From positions 1-55,988 of IMG/VR virus record IMGVR_UViG_3300042323_000878: DNA of 55,988 nt. One strand, written 5' to 3'. Origin of the DNA: a virus (lineage: Duplodnaviria > Caudoviricetes). The stretch's first letter is position 1, and each line of letters starts with the position of its first letter. The position numbers were made by a program, and so were the translations under genes. A model generated the notes under the pieces. That model did not search any database. It saw nothing but the letters and a program-made list of their open reading frames with translations, and was not told the DNA's origin. Shown here in pieces: positions 55,961 to 55,988 of the stretch.

Positions 55961-55988
55961 GGTGTTACTCGTACATGATGTTGATTGA

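Noticed and set aside
54788-55988. Diversity-generating retroelement or invertase shufflon acting on the tail fibre
   Set aside because: No reverse transcriptase or recombinase gene, and the repeat is direct and exact rather than adenine-variable or inverted.

Overview
This window is an essentially complete genome (about 55.6 kb) of a tailed dsDNA phage with a podovirus-like gene set. A nested Rz/Rz1 spanin pair implies a Gram-negative host, and I see no integrase. Bases 1-127 are identical to 55524-55650, which closes the circle inside a tail-fibre gene; the last ~340 bp carry an alternative fibre N-terminus. The minus strand encodes lysis, tail, ejection and head genes (terminase, portal, GroES, scaffold, major capsid) plus primase and VRR-NUC. 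The plus strand encodes a Cro-like regulator, an SNF2/DUF2800/DUF932/DUF2815 replication module, a family B DNA polymerase and about 25 small overlapping early genes. The most striking element is a translationally coupled nucleotide-modification operon at 26260-31410. It encodes a MazG-like/DUF5664 NTP pyrophosphatase fusion, a T4 gp42-type dCMP hydroxymethylase, an SGNH-fold protein, a fold-type-II PLP enzyme, an aGPT-Pplase (amino acid:DNA transferase)-like protein, a small Cys/His protein and dCMP deaminase. This pairs a cytosine precursor enzyme with the enzyme families known from thymidine hypermodification, with no recognisable glycosyltransferase or 5-hm-DNA kinase, making it a candidate for a new cytosine hypermodification pathway. 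Other signals are a shared [YFM][AK]xGG peptide tag on putative virion cargo proteins, a pseudoknotted RNA leader after the capsid gene, an iteron/IHF origin candidate and repeated promoters/operators. All family assignments come from recognising motifs by eye; no searches were run.
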